Below, piece after piece: positions 27,077 through 38,600 of a DNA stretch of 54,123 nucleotides; positions within the stretch are counted from its first letter, which is position 1; the number at the start of each line of letters is the position of its first letter. The position numbers were made by a program, and so were the translations under genes. Below the pieces are notes generated by a model that ran no database searches, was not told where the DNA came from, and saw only the letters and a program-made list of their open reading frames with translations. Origin of the DNA: a candidate division WOR-3 bacterium (GTDB lineage: Bacteria; Hydrothermota; UBA3072; B12-G15); assembly GCA_965649055.1 (NCBI GenBank), contig CBFGJG010000001.1, positions 1-54,123 on the forward strand, in the 5' to 3' direction.

Positions 27077-28531
27077 ATGTTTTTTATAATCACTTCCATA
27101 TTCATAATTTCACCTGATACTATCGCAAATCCAAATGACGAGATTGTGATTTTTTTTGAAGAGAATGTATCAAATTTTTATATCCTTCTTGATGGGATTA
27201 AGATTTCGGGTGAATTAACAGATGAGTATTTCTATTATGAACCTTTAGAACCATTCAAAGAAGGAAGACATATATTAACTATAATCTCTGATAATGATAC
27301 AATAATATATTATTTCAATGTTTTTTCAGAATATGAAGGAGGTAATATAAATAGTCTTAATATAGGTTTTGGTTTTCTTTATAACACAGAAGCAGATACA
27401 GCATTTTATCCGGTTTATAAGGAAGGGAAATATCTAATCTATAATCTTGATTTTGATATTTATCTTGGTGGATTCAATTTTTCTGGAAGTCTGATAAAAG
27501 ACCCTGAATACTATTATTCTTTATATGGAGTATTGAATATTAAGAATAAATTTATTGATACAGAAATAGGTATTATCTCACCGATTTTTGAAGAGATAAC
27601 ATTGTATGGTTTAACAGGAATTGGTGGTCTTCTGGAATTAAAGATGAAAAAAATTTCATTCTCACCTTTATATCTTTATTCTTTTGAAAAAGATACATTG
27701 ATAAGTGAATATAAAAGGATAATATTTGGCTTAAGGCTATCAATTGATAGTATTTTCTCGGCAACAATATTGAAAGGTTATGATGATACGACCGGTATTG
27801 AAGGAATACCACTATTCTTTCCACAGGAAGGAAATATAATCTCGTGCTATCTCGGAATTCCTTTCAAGATAACACCTTATTTTATTCTTTCATATTCAAC
27901 TGGCTCTTCAAACAGATTTGATACATTAAATTCAAATGGTTTATCGTGCGAGTTAGGTTTGAAGAAAAAAAATAGCGAATTATTCTTCAGGTTCACTGAT
28001 TCTTTGTTTATTCCAATTGGTAATCCTTTCCTTGAAAAAGGATATTCAGCCACATTATCAACGGATTTTGAGATTAAAAAATTCCTTTTCTCAATAAATA
28101 CAAATTTATATCCAGATTTTAATGATATTAAATCTTCAAGATTCAACGGAATCATAAGCCTATCAAAGGATATAAAACCTTTTAATATAAATCTTTCTAT
28201 ATCACATTCAGAGGATAATTATTACAATTCAAAAATCACTTCTTTCTCAAATGCTCTTTCATATCGTTCATCATTCTTTTTTCTATCAGCAAATATTGCT
28301 TACTCAACAAGTGATACAACAGGCTATGTTTCTGTCTCTACAAACAATTCTTTTTCATTTCATCCTTTTTATATAAATCTTAATTTACAATATTCAAATA
28401 AAAGATATAATTACCATGTGAGCACACTGATTAATATATCTGATACTGGTTTAAACATTGATATTGGAGGATTTTATGAAGATGGAAAACATCAGGAATC
28501 TTACAGATTTAATTTATCAAGATATTTTTAA
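27077..28531 (+). CDS. Hypothetical outer-membrane beta-barrel protein with N-terminal Ig-like domain
   Basis: Amphipathic beta pattern, C-terminal YRFNLSRYF beta-signal, N-terminal EGRHILTI Ig-like motif. Preceded by TTGACA-N17-TATAAA-N6-ATG. Confidence 0.55.
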   Translation: MFFIITSIFIISPDTIANPNDEIVIFFEENVSNFYILLDGIKISGELTDEYFYYEPLEPFKEGRHILTIISDNDTIIYYFNVFSEYEGGNINSLNIGFGFLYNTEADTAFYPVYKEGKYLIYNLDFDIYLGGFNFSGSLIKDPEYYYSLYGVLNIKNKFIDTEIGIISPIFEEITLYGLTGIGGLLELKMKKISFSPLYLYSFEKDTLISEYKRIIFGLRLSIDSIFSATILKGYDDTTGIEGIPLFFPQEGNIISCYLGIPFKITPYFILSYSTGSSNRFDTLNSNGLSCELGLKKKNSELFFRFTDSLFIPIGNPFLEKGYSATLSTDFEIKKFLFSINTNLYPDFNDIKSSRFNGIISLSKDIKPFNINLSISHSEDNYYNSKITSFSNALSYRSSFFFLSANIAYSTSDTTGYVSVSTNNSFSFHPFYINLNLQYSNKRYNYHVSTLINISDTGLNIDIGGFYEDGKHQESYRFNLSRYF

Positions 28532-28532
28532 T

Positions 28533-28560
28533 GGAACTTTTTTTTACCTCCTTTATCTAA
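28533..28560 (+). promoter_or_regulatory. ECF sigma (RpoE/AlgU-type) promoter
   Basis: GGAACTT-N16-TCTAA, upstream of an operon that encodes an ECF sigma factor. Confidence 0.75.
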
Positions 28561-28579
28561 ATACAAAAAAGGAGGTATT

Positions 28580-29425
28580 ATGAGATGGTTTATGCTGGTT
28601 TTGGTTTTTGTTATGATGTTTGGTTGTGCAAGGGTCACCGATGAACAGGCTATTGAAGATGCTATAACCACTGATTTTAAGGATTACTTTGAAGCAGATG
28701 ATAACTACGGGAAACCTGAGGGTGATACACTTGCAGATAAATCTATTGGTAAAGGATATCTCTATGTTATATGGTGGAGAGAGGTAAAAAATTTCTCAAG
28801 GGATGTCAATGCAACAGTTGTAGGTGATAGTGCGTTTGTTGAGGTCGATATTTCACATAGTGGAATTCTGCACAGGTATCCATTCAATACAATCCCGCCT
28901 GAAACACTGTATGATATTCCTAAAAATTTTTCGGATAATGGTAAAAGATATGCAATCTTCAAGAAGATAGGTGACCCCGATGTTCACAATGGATGGGTCC
29001 TAACAGATATAACCTATAAAAAGATAGTCTCAACAAATGAACCTTCATTTAAGATTGATTCTGTCCGGTTTGAAATGATTGATGGTTCCCAGTCGTGGAC
29101 AATCACAGACCCACTTGCATTTATGAAGAAAGACTCTTTGATGAAACTTCCGAAGGGAACAAAACTTGAAGTTTATGTATTCACAAGCCCTGCAACAGAG
29201 AGTGTGGTTGTATTTATGCATGTTATGGCTAACCAGAGACACCACAGATACAGGATAAGGGAAAACACAAACAATACTTTCTTCGGTTATTGCTGGACAA
29301 CACCAAGGAGCGGTGTTTACAGGTTCGGGATAGATGCAATGACATACGGAACTATATTTGAAGATGACACTACATTGTATCCTTACAAAGCAGAGGCATG
29401 GATAATACCATATGTTTCGGAGTAA
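28580..29425 (+). CDS. Hypothetical lipoprotein
   Basis: AAGGAGGT RBS; MRWFMLVLVFVMMFGC lipobox. Confidence 0.75.
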   Translation: MRWFMLVLVFVMMFGCARVTDEQAIEDAITTDFKDYFEADDNYGKPEGDTLADKSIGKGYLYVIWWREVKNFSRDVNATVVGDSAFVEVDISHSGILHRYPFNTIPPETLYDIPKNFSDNGKRYAIFKKIGDPDVHNGWVLTDITYKKIVSTNEPSFKIDSVRFEMIDGSQSWTITDPLAFMKKDSLMKLPKGTKLEVYVFTSPATESVVVFMHVMANQRHHRYRIRENTNNTFFGYCWTTPRSGVYRFGIDAMTYGTIFEDDTTLYPYKAEAWIIPYVSE

Positions 29426-29924
29426 AGGAGGGGGTAAACCCCCTCCTCCTTTTGAGGAGATTGTGAAGATGTATTCTGAAAGGGTCTTTAAACTTATATA
29501 CTCAAAGGTGAACAATTATGATGATGCTATGGACTTAACACAGGATGTTTTCTACAATGCATATAGAGCTTATAAAAAATTCCGTGGTGATTCAGATATA
29601 TTTACCTGGCTTTACAGGATAGCGGTGAATAGAACCAACAGGTTTCTTAAAATGAATAAGATAATATATATGGAAGAAATTCCTGAAACGATATCATACG
29701 AAGACCCTGAGGAATTTGTTATAAATGAAGAAAGAAAAGAGAAATTAAAAAATGCAATAGATATGCTTGAACCTCATCACAGGGAAATAATATTCCTAAG
29801 ATACTATGATGAACTTGATTATGATAAAATCTCTGAAATACTTGGAATACCTGTGGGAACTGTAAAATCAAGGCTTGCAAGGGCAAAGGAAGAGATTTTA
29901 AAAATTATAGGGGATAGCATATGA
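29412..29924 (+). CDS. ECF RNA polymerase sigma factor (start may be 29469)
   Basis: DAMDLTQDVF, FTWLYRIAVN, ISEILGIPVGTVKSRLARA. Confidence 0.93.
   Translation: MFRSKGGGKPPPPFEEIVKMYSERVFKLIYSKVNNYDDAMDLTQDVFYNAYRAYKKFRGDSDIFTWLYRIAVNRTNRFLKMNKIIYMEEIPETISYEDPEEFVINEERKEKLKNAIDMLEPHHREIIFLRYYDELDYDKISEILGIPVGTVKSRLARAKEEILKIIGDSI
29427..29459 (+). terminator. Terminator-like hairpin with an alternative SD-sequestering hairpin
   Basis: GGAGGGGG-TAAA-CCCCCTCC followed by TCCTTTT. Alternative pairing: CTCCTC(29443-48) with GAGGAG(29454-59). Confidence 0.55.
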
Positions 29925-30481
29925 GAGAAGAAAAATTTAGGAAATTTATAAGGGAAATATTTGATGAAAAAGAAACACCCGAAAATCTTGATAGGAAGAT
30001 AATGGGTTATATAAATCATAAAAGATATATAAGGAATATGACGATATCCATTGCAGCATCTTTAATTATCGTTATTCTCATGGTGTTCTTTTTCTCACCC
30101 AAAAATATAAAAATAACAGAGGAAAAGATAAAAATAGAAAACAGGATAGTTAAAAAACAGGAAGAGATAAAAAATACCAATGACAGCCTTTTCAAAAAGA
30201 AGGAGATTGTAAAAAAGAACGATGAAAAGAATAAAGAATTCTATGTCGTATTCCCCAAGGATGAAGATATCATTGAAGAAGCAGGTGGACTTGTTTTTTA
30301 TATCCGGGGTGATATAAACAAGATAAAATATGAGATAGATGGTGAAATTTTTGAGAAGGTTATATCAGATGAAGAAGGAACGATTGTTATACCAACCGTT
30401 CTTGAAGAGGGGACGCACATCTTAAAAATTCATTATCCTTATGAGACAGAGATTATGTTTTATAGTGTTGGTGAGGTGTAA
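29921..30481 (+). CDS. Putative single-pass anti-sigma factor with C-terminal Ig-like domain
   Basis: ATGA overlap with the sigma gene; short cytoplasmic N-terminus (P..L..KI), one TM helix (SIAASLII) and a periplasmic domain. Confidence 0.7.
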   Translation: MREEKFRKFIREIFDEKETPENLDRKIMGYINHKRYIRNMTISIAASLIIVILMVFFFSPKNIKITEEKIKIENRIVKKQEEIKNTNDSLFKKKEIVKKNDEKNKEFYVVFPKDEDIIEEAGGLVFYIRGDINKIKYEIDGEIFEKVISDEEGTIVIPTVLEEGTHILKIHYPYETEIMFYSVGEV

Positions 30482-31999
30482 ATGTTATTATTACTATTTT
30501 CACTGAATATAATAGTTTCACCGGAGCCTATAAAATGTATGTTAAACAATCCTGTAAGTATTGAGATAAAGGTAATTGATGAAAACAATAATACTGTTCA
30601 GGCAAAGATTAATTTATCTATTTCACCTCAATCGCTGGGAAAATTAGAAGGTTTCACATTCATACCTGAAAAAGAAGGTAAAGGTGTTTTAAATGTTGTT
30701 GCAGAATACAATGGTAAATTTGAAAAGAAATTAGTATTTATATCTGTTGAAGATACTGTGTTTGAGATAAAAAAGATAATACCCGATTTTGTTATACTTA
30801 ATGCCGGGGATAATGTATATTTTAAGACAACAGGTGGTAATGTATCAGTATGGAAGGTTGTTCCTCAGAATATTGGTGATATTGATAATAACGGGAATTT
30901 TAGGGCAAAAGAAGAAGGAAAGGGAAGGATTGTAGCAATATTTGATGATGGTTCAGTTTTGAGTGCAAGGATTATTATAGGAAAAGATGAAGAAAAGATA
31001 AAGATTTTACCTTCTTTTGTGAAGCTGAATATTGGTGAGAGATTCATATTCAGAACAGAAAAAACAATAAACAATGTTGTCTGGAGTGTAATACCAGATG
31101 ATCTTGGAAGGATAGAAAATAATGGTGAATTTTTTGCAGAGAAATCTGGAAGGGGAATGATATTAGTAAAAGGTGAGATTAACGGGAAGAAGGTTCTGGG
31201 AAAAAGTATTATCGTTGTTAAAGGAGAATTGTCAGCATCTATATTTCCCAAAAAGGTATTTTTAAAACCTGAAGAGAGAGCAAAGTTTACATTAAAAGAC
31301 CAGAACGGTAATGAGATAAAACCAATAAAATGGAAGGTTATACCTGAAAGAATGGGTAATATAAATGATGGTGTTTTTACTCCATCTGTTAATATGGGTA
31401 GAGGTAAGATTGTTGCACTACTTGACAAAAAATACAAACAAAGGGTCCTTTATGCCGATTTTGTGATAACACCGGATAAAGCAATTGGAATAATTTTAAG
31501 ACCAAGATTCCATAAGATAAATATTGATGAAAAAATACAATTTTATGTTGATTTCATAAACACAGAAAATATACCTGTAAGATTTGAAGTATATCCAAAT
31601 GATTTAGGTGAGATAAATTCAGCAGGTATATTCACACCTAAAAGGAATGGTTCAGGTGTAATAATTGCAAGACCAATAAATGCTCCAACTGTAAAGCCTT
31701 CAACTGCATTTGTGATTGTAGGAGATTTGGAAAACCTTGAGATAACACCCAAATTCATAGATGTATATGAGAATGGAGAAGTAAAATTCAATATAACTTC
31801 ACAAATCCCGGAAGATGCCGAAATACTATGGATTGTCCAACCACAGGGAATTGGTAGTATAACAAAGGACGGATACTTTAAGGTTGGGAAACTACCACAG
31901 AATCAGAATGAATTATATCTAAAGATTATAGCAATAGCGCATAAAAGGCTACAGATATTATCTTACGGGATTTCAATAGTAAGGGTAAGAAGAAGATAG
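30482..31999 (+). CDS. Exported protein with tandem Ig-like (Big_2-like) repeats
   Basis: About six repeats of I.P....W.V.P..[LIM]G.I...G.F.....G.G.I. Confidence 0.75.
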   Translation: MLLLLFSLNIIVSPEPIKCMLNNPVSIEIKVIDENNNTVQAKINLSISPQSLGKLEGFTFIPEKEGKGVLNVVAEYNGKFEKKLVFISVEDTVFEIKKIIPDFVILNAGDNVYFKTTGGNVSVWKVVPQNIGDIDNNGNFRAKEEGKGRIVAIFDDGSVLSARIIIGKDEEKIKILPSFVKLNIGERFIFRTEKTINNVVWSVIPDDLGRIENNGEFFAEKSGRGMILVKGEINGKKVLGKSIIVVKGELSASIFPKKVFLKPEERAKFTLKDQNGNEIKPIKWKVIPERMGNINDGVFTPSVNMGRGKIVALLDKKYKQRVLYADFVITPDKAIGIILRPRFHKINIDEKIQFYVDFINTENIPVRFEVYPNDLGEINSAGIFTPKRNGSGVIIARPINAPTVKPSTAFVIVGDLENLEITPKFIDVYENGEVKFNITSQIPEDAEILWIVQPQGIGSITKDGYFKVGKLPQNQNELYLKIIAIAHKRLQILSYGISIVRVRRR

Positions 32000-32008
32000 C
32001 AGTCTATT

Positions 32009-35000
32009 CTATTTTAATTTTATTATTTTCAATGTCTTTTTAAAATCCCCTGCTTTAAATTCCATAAAATATAAACCTGCCGGTAAGATTTTACCTTTTT
32101 CACCTTCTCCATCCCATATAATCGTTCCCTTTTTCATCTCATTTTTATTGAATTCTTTTACAATCCTTCCTGTTATATCAAAGATTTTTAATGAGGCATT
32201 TGTATTCTGTGGTATATTCATTGTTAAAACAAACTTATTCATACCTATGTTTGAATTTATAGAAAATTCAATTCTTTCTTTATTTTCATCAATCCCAACA
32301 TAATTATTCAGATTCCCGACTTCAATTGAAAGAAGTTTAGGCTCTGTTCCTGATTTTGTATTTTTCCTTTTAAATAAAACTTTTAATCTAATCTCATTGT
32401 ATGTTGTAAAATCATTTATATTAGATAGTGAAACAACAACATCTTGTGCTTGAGAATATATCCCTGTTGAATTGTTGGGGATAATATTATCAGGAATCAA
32501 TTCCCAGTTTTCTCCATTCTTATATTGAACCTGAATACCTATTGAATCTTCTCCTGATGATTTTTTTAATATTATATCGCCCCAGTTTGTCCTTTCATAG
32601 ACTTTCTTTATTTCATCAAATTTTATTGAAGAAGTTATTAAATTTCCTTCATTATTCGCAGGTTGATACTGGTCTGTGAGTAATATATTATCAACTGCAC
32701 AGGCAAATCCCCAGTGTGATGAAGCGGTGCTATCGCTGTAAAACCATGAGAACATCATTGAATCAGCAGGGAGCTCTGATGTCAAATCTATAATTTCTGA
32801 ATCTGCATTACTTGTCGTATAAACCATCTTATCTATCCAGTTTCCCCAAACATTATTAGTTTTCTTCCTTATCTTAAACCTTAATTTCTCTCCTTGCTGA
32901 TAAACCCTGAATCCGTAATAATATTTTATCTTTAATATCCCTTTAACACTACCTGTATATATAGGTTTTGTCCTTATCTCTTCATTATAGTTAATTACAT
33001 TAATACCTGCATCATCATCCGAATAGAATGCATAATAGTTCCCATAATCAGGTGGAGTGTATGAGCCAATATCGGTAGTTGTTCCAACGGTCCATTGATA
33101 AGAATCATTATTTCCATTTATCACAGACCAACCCTGTGGAACTGAACCTGATTCAAAATTTTCATTTAATAATGTATCTGTCAATGTTTGGGAAGAATAG
33201 CCAAGAATAATAGTATCCCCTTTAAGAACGGTCCCATTAAAGATATCATAAGAAAATTGTTTATTCTTACATTTAAACCATGAACATGTTCCTGGTGTAA
33301 GTGTTGTATCAATTGTGATAGATATGATATCCGAAAAACTACACCATAAATTTGAACCTGTATCTTTCGCCTTTATTTTTATCCAGTATGTCCTGCTGGT
33401 AAGAAGATTGTATGGAAATATAAAATTAATAGTATCTCCACTTTGATATTGTGTCGTTATAAAACTATCAGGTGTTGAAAAATTATACAAAGTATCCCAA
33501 TAGACTCCATAAATTATATTGTCATTTTGTGGATCTATAGAATAAAATGATATAGTAGGTCTTAAATCAGGAATCTTAACAAAATTAAAAGGCTTTATAA
33601 TCTCTGGTTTTGAAGCAATACCAAAATCACCCACAATTGCATATCCTTCATAAGGTCTATAATTATGTTTAGTAACAGTAACCCATAATGTATCACCAAT
33701 ATTTGAAGGTGTTATATTGAATGTGATATTTCCATCGTTGTCTGTGAAACCAACAAGGTGAATCTTTGGTATTTGTGTCGGAAGATATAAACACACAGTT
33801 GCATTACTCAATGGCGTTGTCCCATCTTTCTTTCTTACACTAACTATGAAATTAACATTAGTTGGTGAAACATATTCGCTATGCGTAACAATCATCGTAT
33901 CAGGAATATCAGTCCTTAAATCAAGAGAAGCATCCCCGAATATATGCCAGGTTTCAAGCATCTCAAGGTCTCCTGTCTGTTCATACATATACATAGAGCC
34001 ATTGAAACACAATCCACCTATAGTTGTTGTATTTTCCCTTTTAAGAAGTCCCATTGCATGGTTCTGTGATACAGTTGGTGGAACCCAAGATTGAGTTACT
34101 GATGCAGCATAAACACCTATTGCACCTTTTGGAGCAGTTGTTGTCCCTGCCCACATCCATGATTCTGCACAGCAGGTTGCGACTGCATCAAAATCACCAC
34201 TTAAACAGGCACAGAGATAAAGAAAAGGGAGCATATTTGTATTATTAAGATTATTCACATCTGTAACATCAAACCAGAATGCAGTGATTGTTCCAAAACC
34301 TGTCTCATTTCCATGCCCAATATGGTTTAATATACTCCTTCCATTATTTAATGCGTTCGTTATCATAGCATCGGTTCCCCAAGGTTCATAAACCTTTGTC
34401 ATTTCAGTATAGGTGTATCCAAGCAATGTATCTTTAAGCCAGTTTGCCCTTGTTGAATCCTGTGGGGTTCCTTCATTTGAAGCAGTTAAAATACCTTTAT
34501 GATACCAGTCCCAGTTTGAACCCATCGGTGGGTTTCTTTCATAATTTACAGTTCTAAAAATCTGTTTATCGATGTTTGTTTCTGAACTACCGGAAAACCT
34601 GCTTATGAATACATCTGGATAATTGTCTGAACCAGCTAAATATCCATAAACAGGGTCACAGGTTTCATCGTAAGAACCTGAAATAGTCGATACGAGATTT
34701 GCCTCACCAACAAGTAAAACCCAAGTAAGACCATCCGTATTGTATTTATTCTGTATCTTTGTCTTTATATTTGCAGATGTATTCCCAATCGTTGAAACAC
34801 TGCATATTTCAACATCAATCCCTTTCTTCATTTTCCATTGAACAAAATCCTTGAAGTTATCATAGTATGCATCAGCTGTGATTATAAGCATCTTACCCGG
34901 TGTATCATTAAGAAAAGGATATTTCTGTTTATAGTATGGAAAGTTAATGAAAAAATTCTCATATATTTCTGTAAATTCCCTTGATATCTTGTTATCCTTT

Positions 35001-35566
35001 CTTTTCAAGATATTTTCACCACCTTTTCCATCTTCGTAAATCTCAATCAAAGCATACTTCAAAACAATAAGTTCATTACTGATGTTATTATATTTGAAAG
35101 GTTGAACCTTTAATGTTATTCCTCTAAAATCCCTCATTATAAATTCCTTTGATAAATCAAAGAAATTATCAGGATAAAATCTATCTTCATCATAAATCTT
35201 ATCAAAAATATAAGGTATTGTATCAGGATTAACATTCCTTTTAAGGTTCCCTTTTGAAGAAATAATAGTTGGTATATTCAGTGTTTCCGTGTTAATCTCA
35301 AGAACCCTTAATTTCATCTTTGAATCATCAGGTATTATTAGACTTCTCGAGATATGAGGTAAATCAGGGAGTCCTTCTATAAGTAATGGGATACCACCTT
35401 CAAAAGATATTTTTGAATATTCTTTTCCATCAAGAATAATCTTTTCTATATCGTATTCATCAATTTGAAATTTCAATGTTATGCTTGTTCCTTTTTCATT
35501 TAAAATTTCGAAATTTGCAGCATAAAGGTAAAAACCTGTAATAAAAAACAAAAAAAAGATTCTCAT
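32009..35566 (-). CDS. Gingipain-like C25 cysteine peptidase with propeptide, Ig/adhesin-like domains and a T9SS/FlgD-type C-terminal tail
   Basis: GLPDLP and RDFRG propeptide, WKMKKG, LLVGE, catalytic NHIGHG and CACLSG, IFGDASL; tail KIFDITGR..WDG..GLYF. Confidence 0.88.
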   Translation of the reverse strand: MRIFFLFFITGFYLYAANFEILNEKGTSITLKFQIDEYDIEKIILDGKEYSKISFEGGIPLLIEGLPDLPHISRSLIIPDDSKMKLRVLEINTETLNIPTIISSKGNLKRNVNPDTIPYIFDKIYDEDRFYPDNFFDLSKEFIMRDFRGITLKVQPFKYNNISNELIVLKYALIEIYEDGKGGENILKRKDNKISREFTEIYENFFINFPYYKQKYPFLNDTPGKMLIITADAYYDNFKDFVQWKMKKGIDVEICSVSTIGNTSANIKTKIQNKYNTDGLTWVLLVGEANLVSTISGSYDETCDPVYGYLAGSDNYPDVFISRFSGSSETNIDKQIFRTVNYERNPPMGSNWDWYHKGILTASNEGTPQDSTRANWLKDTLLGYTYTEMTKVYEPWGTDAMITNALNNGRSILNHIGHGNETGFGTITAFWFDVTDVNNLNNTNMLPFLYLCACLSGDFDAVATCCAESWMWAGTTTAPKGAIGVYAASVTQSWVPPTVSQNHAMGLLKRENTTTIGGLCFNGSMYMYEQTGDLEMLETWHIFGDASLDLRTDIPDTMIVTHSEYVSPTNVNFIVSVRKKDGTTPLSNATVCLYLPTQIPKIHLVGFTDNDGNITFNITPSNIGDTLWVTVTKHNYRPYEGYAIVGDFGIASKPEIIKPFNFVKIPDLRPTISFYSIDPQNDNIIYGVYWDTLYNFSTPDSFITTQYQSGDTINFIFPYNLLTSRTYWIKIKAKDTGSNLWCSFSDIISITIDTTLTPGTCSWFKCKNKQFSYDIFNGTVLKGDTIILGYSSQTLTDTLLNENFESGSVPQGWSVINGNNDSYQWTVGTTTDIGSYTPPDYGNYYAFYSDDDAGINVINYNEEIRTKPIYTGSVKGILKIKYYYGFRVYQQGEKLRFKIRKKTNNVWGNWIDKMVYTTSNADSEIIDLTSELPADSMMFSWFYSDSTASSHWGFACAVDNILLTDQYQPANNEGNLITSSIKFDEIKKVYERTNWGDIILKKSSGEDSIGIQVQYKNGENWELIPDNIIPNNSTGIYSQAQDVVVSLSNINDFTTYNEIRLKVLFKRKNTKSGTEPKLLSIEVGNLNNYVGIDENKERIEFSINSNIGMNKFVLTMNIPQNTNASLKIFDITGRIVKEFNKNEMKKGTIIWDGEGEKGKILPAGLYFMEFKAGDFKKTLKIIKLK

Positions 35567-35658
35567 AAATCCTCCATTTTTATCTTGTTAAAAGATTAAA
35601 CTTTTCGATTATAAATTATAATCAAATTAAATCAATAAAAATTTAAAAAAAAGATAAT

Positions 35659-38600
35659 TCAGATACCCGATTTTAACCTAAATATCCAATTTTCAGAACG
35701 AAGTTTTTTAAAGATACTTTCTGCTTTACTTATATAATTATAAGATATGTCTTTTTCGCCCTTTTTATTTAACATTTCAGAATAATAGAAAAAACATTTT
35801 GCTAATTCAAAAGGAATATTTAACTCTTCGAAAATTTTTATTGCGTCTTTAAATCTTCTCTCCGAAATTTCCAAATCTTTTCTTTCCATAGCAATCCTTG
35901 CCTGCAAAAGAATTGCTTCAGCCGTTCCCTTTTTTGAATTTAATTCTTTTGAATAGTTTAATGTCTCATTTGCGTAATTTGTTGCAAGAGAAATATTATC
36001 TTCAAGTAAGTATAATTCTGCAAGTGATTTAAAAACCCTGCAGAGAATTTCTTTAGCCTTGATTTCTTTACTTATACTTTCAGCTTCTTTTAAATTTTTT
36101 CTTGCCTCTTCGTAATCTTTCTTTTCTAAGAATAAACTTCCTATATTAGAAAGACAGACAGCTTTACCGTATAAATTCCCTATTTCTTCGAAAATCTTAA
36201 GTGCCTTTAAAAAATACTCGAGAGCAATAGAGTGATCTCCAAATGCGACATATACCTCTCCAATATGAGATAAAGTAAATGCTTCTCCATATCTATCTTT
36301 TATTTCTGAAAATATCTGAACAGGTTTTTTATAATATTCAAGTGCGACATTATAATCACCAAATTCCAAATATACGCTTCCAATATGAACAAGGCTATAA
36401 GCCTTTCCTTGAATATCACCGACCTCTTCCTGAATCCTTAAAGAACTTTTAAAATATTCAAGTGCCTTTGAGTAATCGGAAAACATATTGTATACATATC
36501 CAATTCTATTTAGATTTACAGCTTGCCCTTTTAAATCACCAATCTCTTCCCTGATCTTCAGTGACTCATTATAATATTCAAGTGCAGTTTTGTAATCTCC
36601 CTGCAATGTGTATATTACACCAATACTGTTCAGATTATAAGCTTGATAATATTTTGCACCTAATTCCTCCTGTATCTTCAAAGACTCTTTAAAATATTCA
36701 AGAGCCTTTGAGTAATCTCCAATATTTCTGTAAGCGACCCCAAGATTATTAAGGCTTATTGACTGATTTTTTTTATCTCCAATTTCTTCCTGTAATCTTA
36801 GAGACTCTTTCCAGAAATCAAAAGCCTTATATGTATCTCCTGTAATAAGATATACATAACCAATATTGTTAAGTGAAACTGCTTCACCTTCTTTATCATC
36901 TATTTCTTTATAAAGAGAAAGTGCTTCTTTTGAAGAATTTAACATATCTTCATGTTTGTTTAGAAAACCATAAATTTCCGACATTTCGATAAGGCAATCA
37001 GCTTCTAATTTTTTATCTTCAATTTGTCTTGAAATTTCAAGTCCTTTTTTGATTTCTTTTAATGCCTCTTCACTTCTTCCGAACAAGTTTAAAATCTCGG
37101 ATTTTTCTTTAATACATTCAACTAAATTTTGGTTATCCCCAATCTCTCCTGCACAATTTATTGCTCTATTGTACAGTTCAAGAGCCTGTTTATTCAGATA
37201 TCCATCTTTTGCTTTTTTAGCTGACTTCATTGAGTATATTAGTGCTTTTCCCCAGTTTTCTGCAATATAGTATTGTTGCGACAATAATTCTGAAAATTCA
37301 TCTATCCGTTCAAAAAAAAGATCTTCAATACATTCTCCTACTTTGTTATGTAATTCTTTTCTTTTCTTTTTCAATAAAGTATTATAGGCAACTTCATGAA
37401 CAAGCGGGTGTTTAAAAATATATTCAAAGTCTGGTTCCCTTCTACCCTGAAAAATAAATTCGAATTCTTCGAGTTTTGCAATATAGATAGTCAATGTTAG
37501 TTCTTCAATACCTGAGATGTATTCCAAAATTTTCAGATTGAAGTTTTTCCCTATTACAGAAGCCATTTGAAGAATTTCTCTAATATCTGGATGCAACCTA
37601 TCCATTCTTGAGTTTATAACAGCCTGTATTGTATCGGGAATAAAAATCGTCGATAGATTTTCAATATCTGAAGATACTTTCCAGACACCTTCTTCAAATA
37701 CTAAAATACCATTATCTATAAAGTTTCTTAATATCTCCTCAAGGTAAAATGGATTTCCATCAGCTTTTTTTATAATATTATCTTTCAATTCTTCTGGAAT
37801 CCCTGGAATATTTAATAGATTGAAAGTAAGCCTGGTGGATGATTCTTTATCAAGAGGATTTAGAGTAATTTCTTGAAAATTTTCTCCCATCTTAATTTTT
37901 AAATCTTCTATTGTCTTCCAGTAATCTTTTTCTTTTTCAACCCTTGAAAGACCTATAAAAAACAAAGAGAAATCCATATTTGAACTTAGGATAAAATCAA
38001 TAAGTTCTAAAGAGATAGGATCAAGCCAGTGATAATCTTCTATAACAATGATTAATGGTTTTATTCTTGATAGTTTAGCGAATAACTTTCTAATATTCAA
38101 AAAAATTTGGAATTTTAATTCTTTGGGTTCAATATATTTAAAGATGTCTCCCCATTCATCAGAGAAATCAACTGAAAAAAGATAACCAATATACGGCACA
38201 ATATTTCTGTAATCATTAGGGAATAAATCCATCATCTTTTTCTTTAATTTTTCTTTTATTTTATTTTTACTATCTTCACGGCCTATTGAAAAAATTTTCT
38301 CTAAAATTTGTATAAAAGGAACATAACTCATAGTCTCGCTATAAGATAAACCATTACCGATTAGGATGTTTAAATGCAATCCATTTTTTATAATCCAGTT
38401 TTTTGTCTCTTCCCATAAACGGGATTTTCCTATACCTGCATCTCCAAGAATGAAAATACACTGAAAATATTTATTTTTTTTACCGCTTAAACAAAAATCT
38501 TTTATTTTCTTTTTGAGTGTTTCTAATTCCTTTTCCCTTCCTACCAAAGGTGAGGAAAGTCCTTTTATACCCCTTTTGGGATCTGGCTTTTCTTTTATTT

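Noticed and set aside
29045..31791. Longer antisense ORFs (29045-29515, 30865-31437) and other 60-110 aa shadow ORFs in the track
   Set aside because: They lie opposite or within well-supported genes, show no recognisable motifs, and look like antisense by-products of codon bias.
36330..36850. Near-identical ~30-nt repeats (AAAATATTCAAG.GCCTTTGAGTAATC) at 120-nt periodicity, superficially CRISPR-like
   Set aside because: They are in-frame 40-aa TPR repeats of the cyclase gene. The repeats are degenerate and there are no cas genes.
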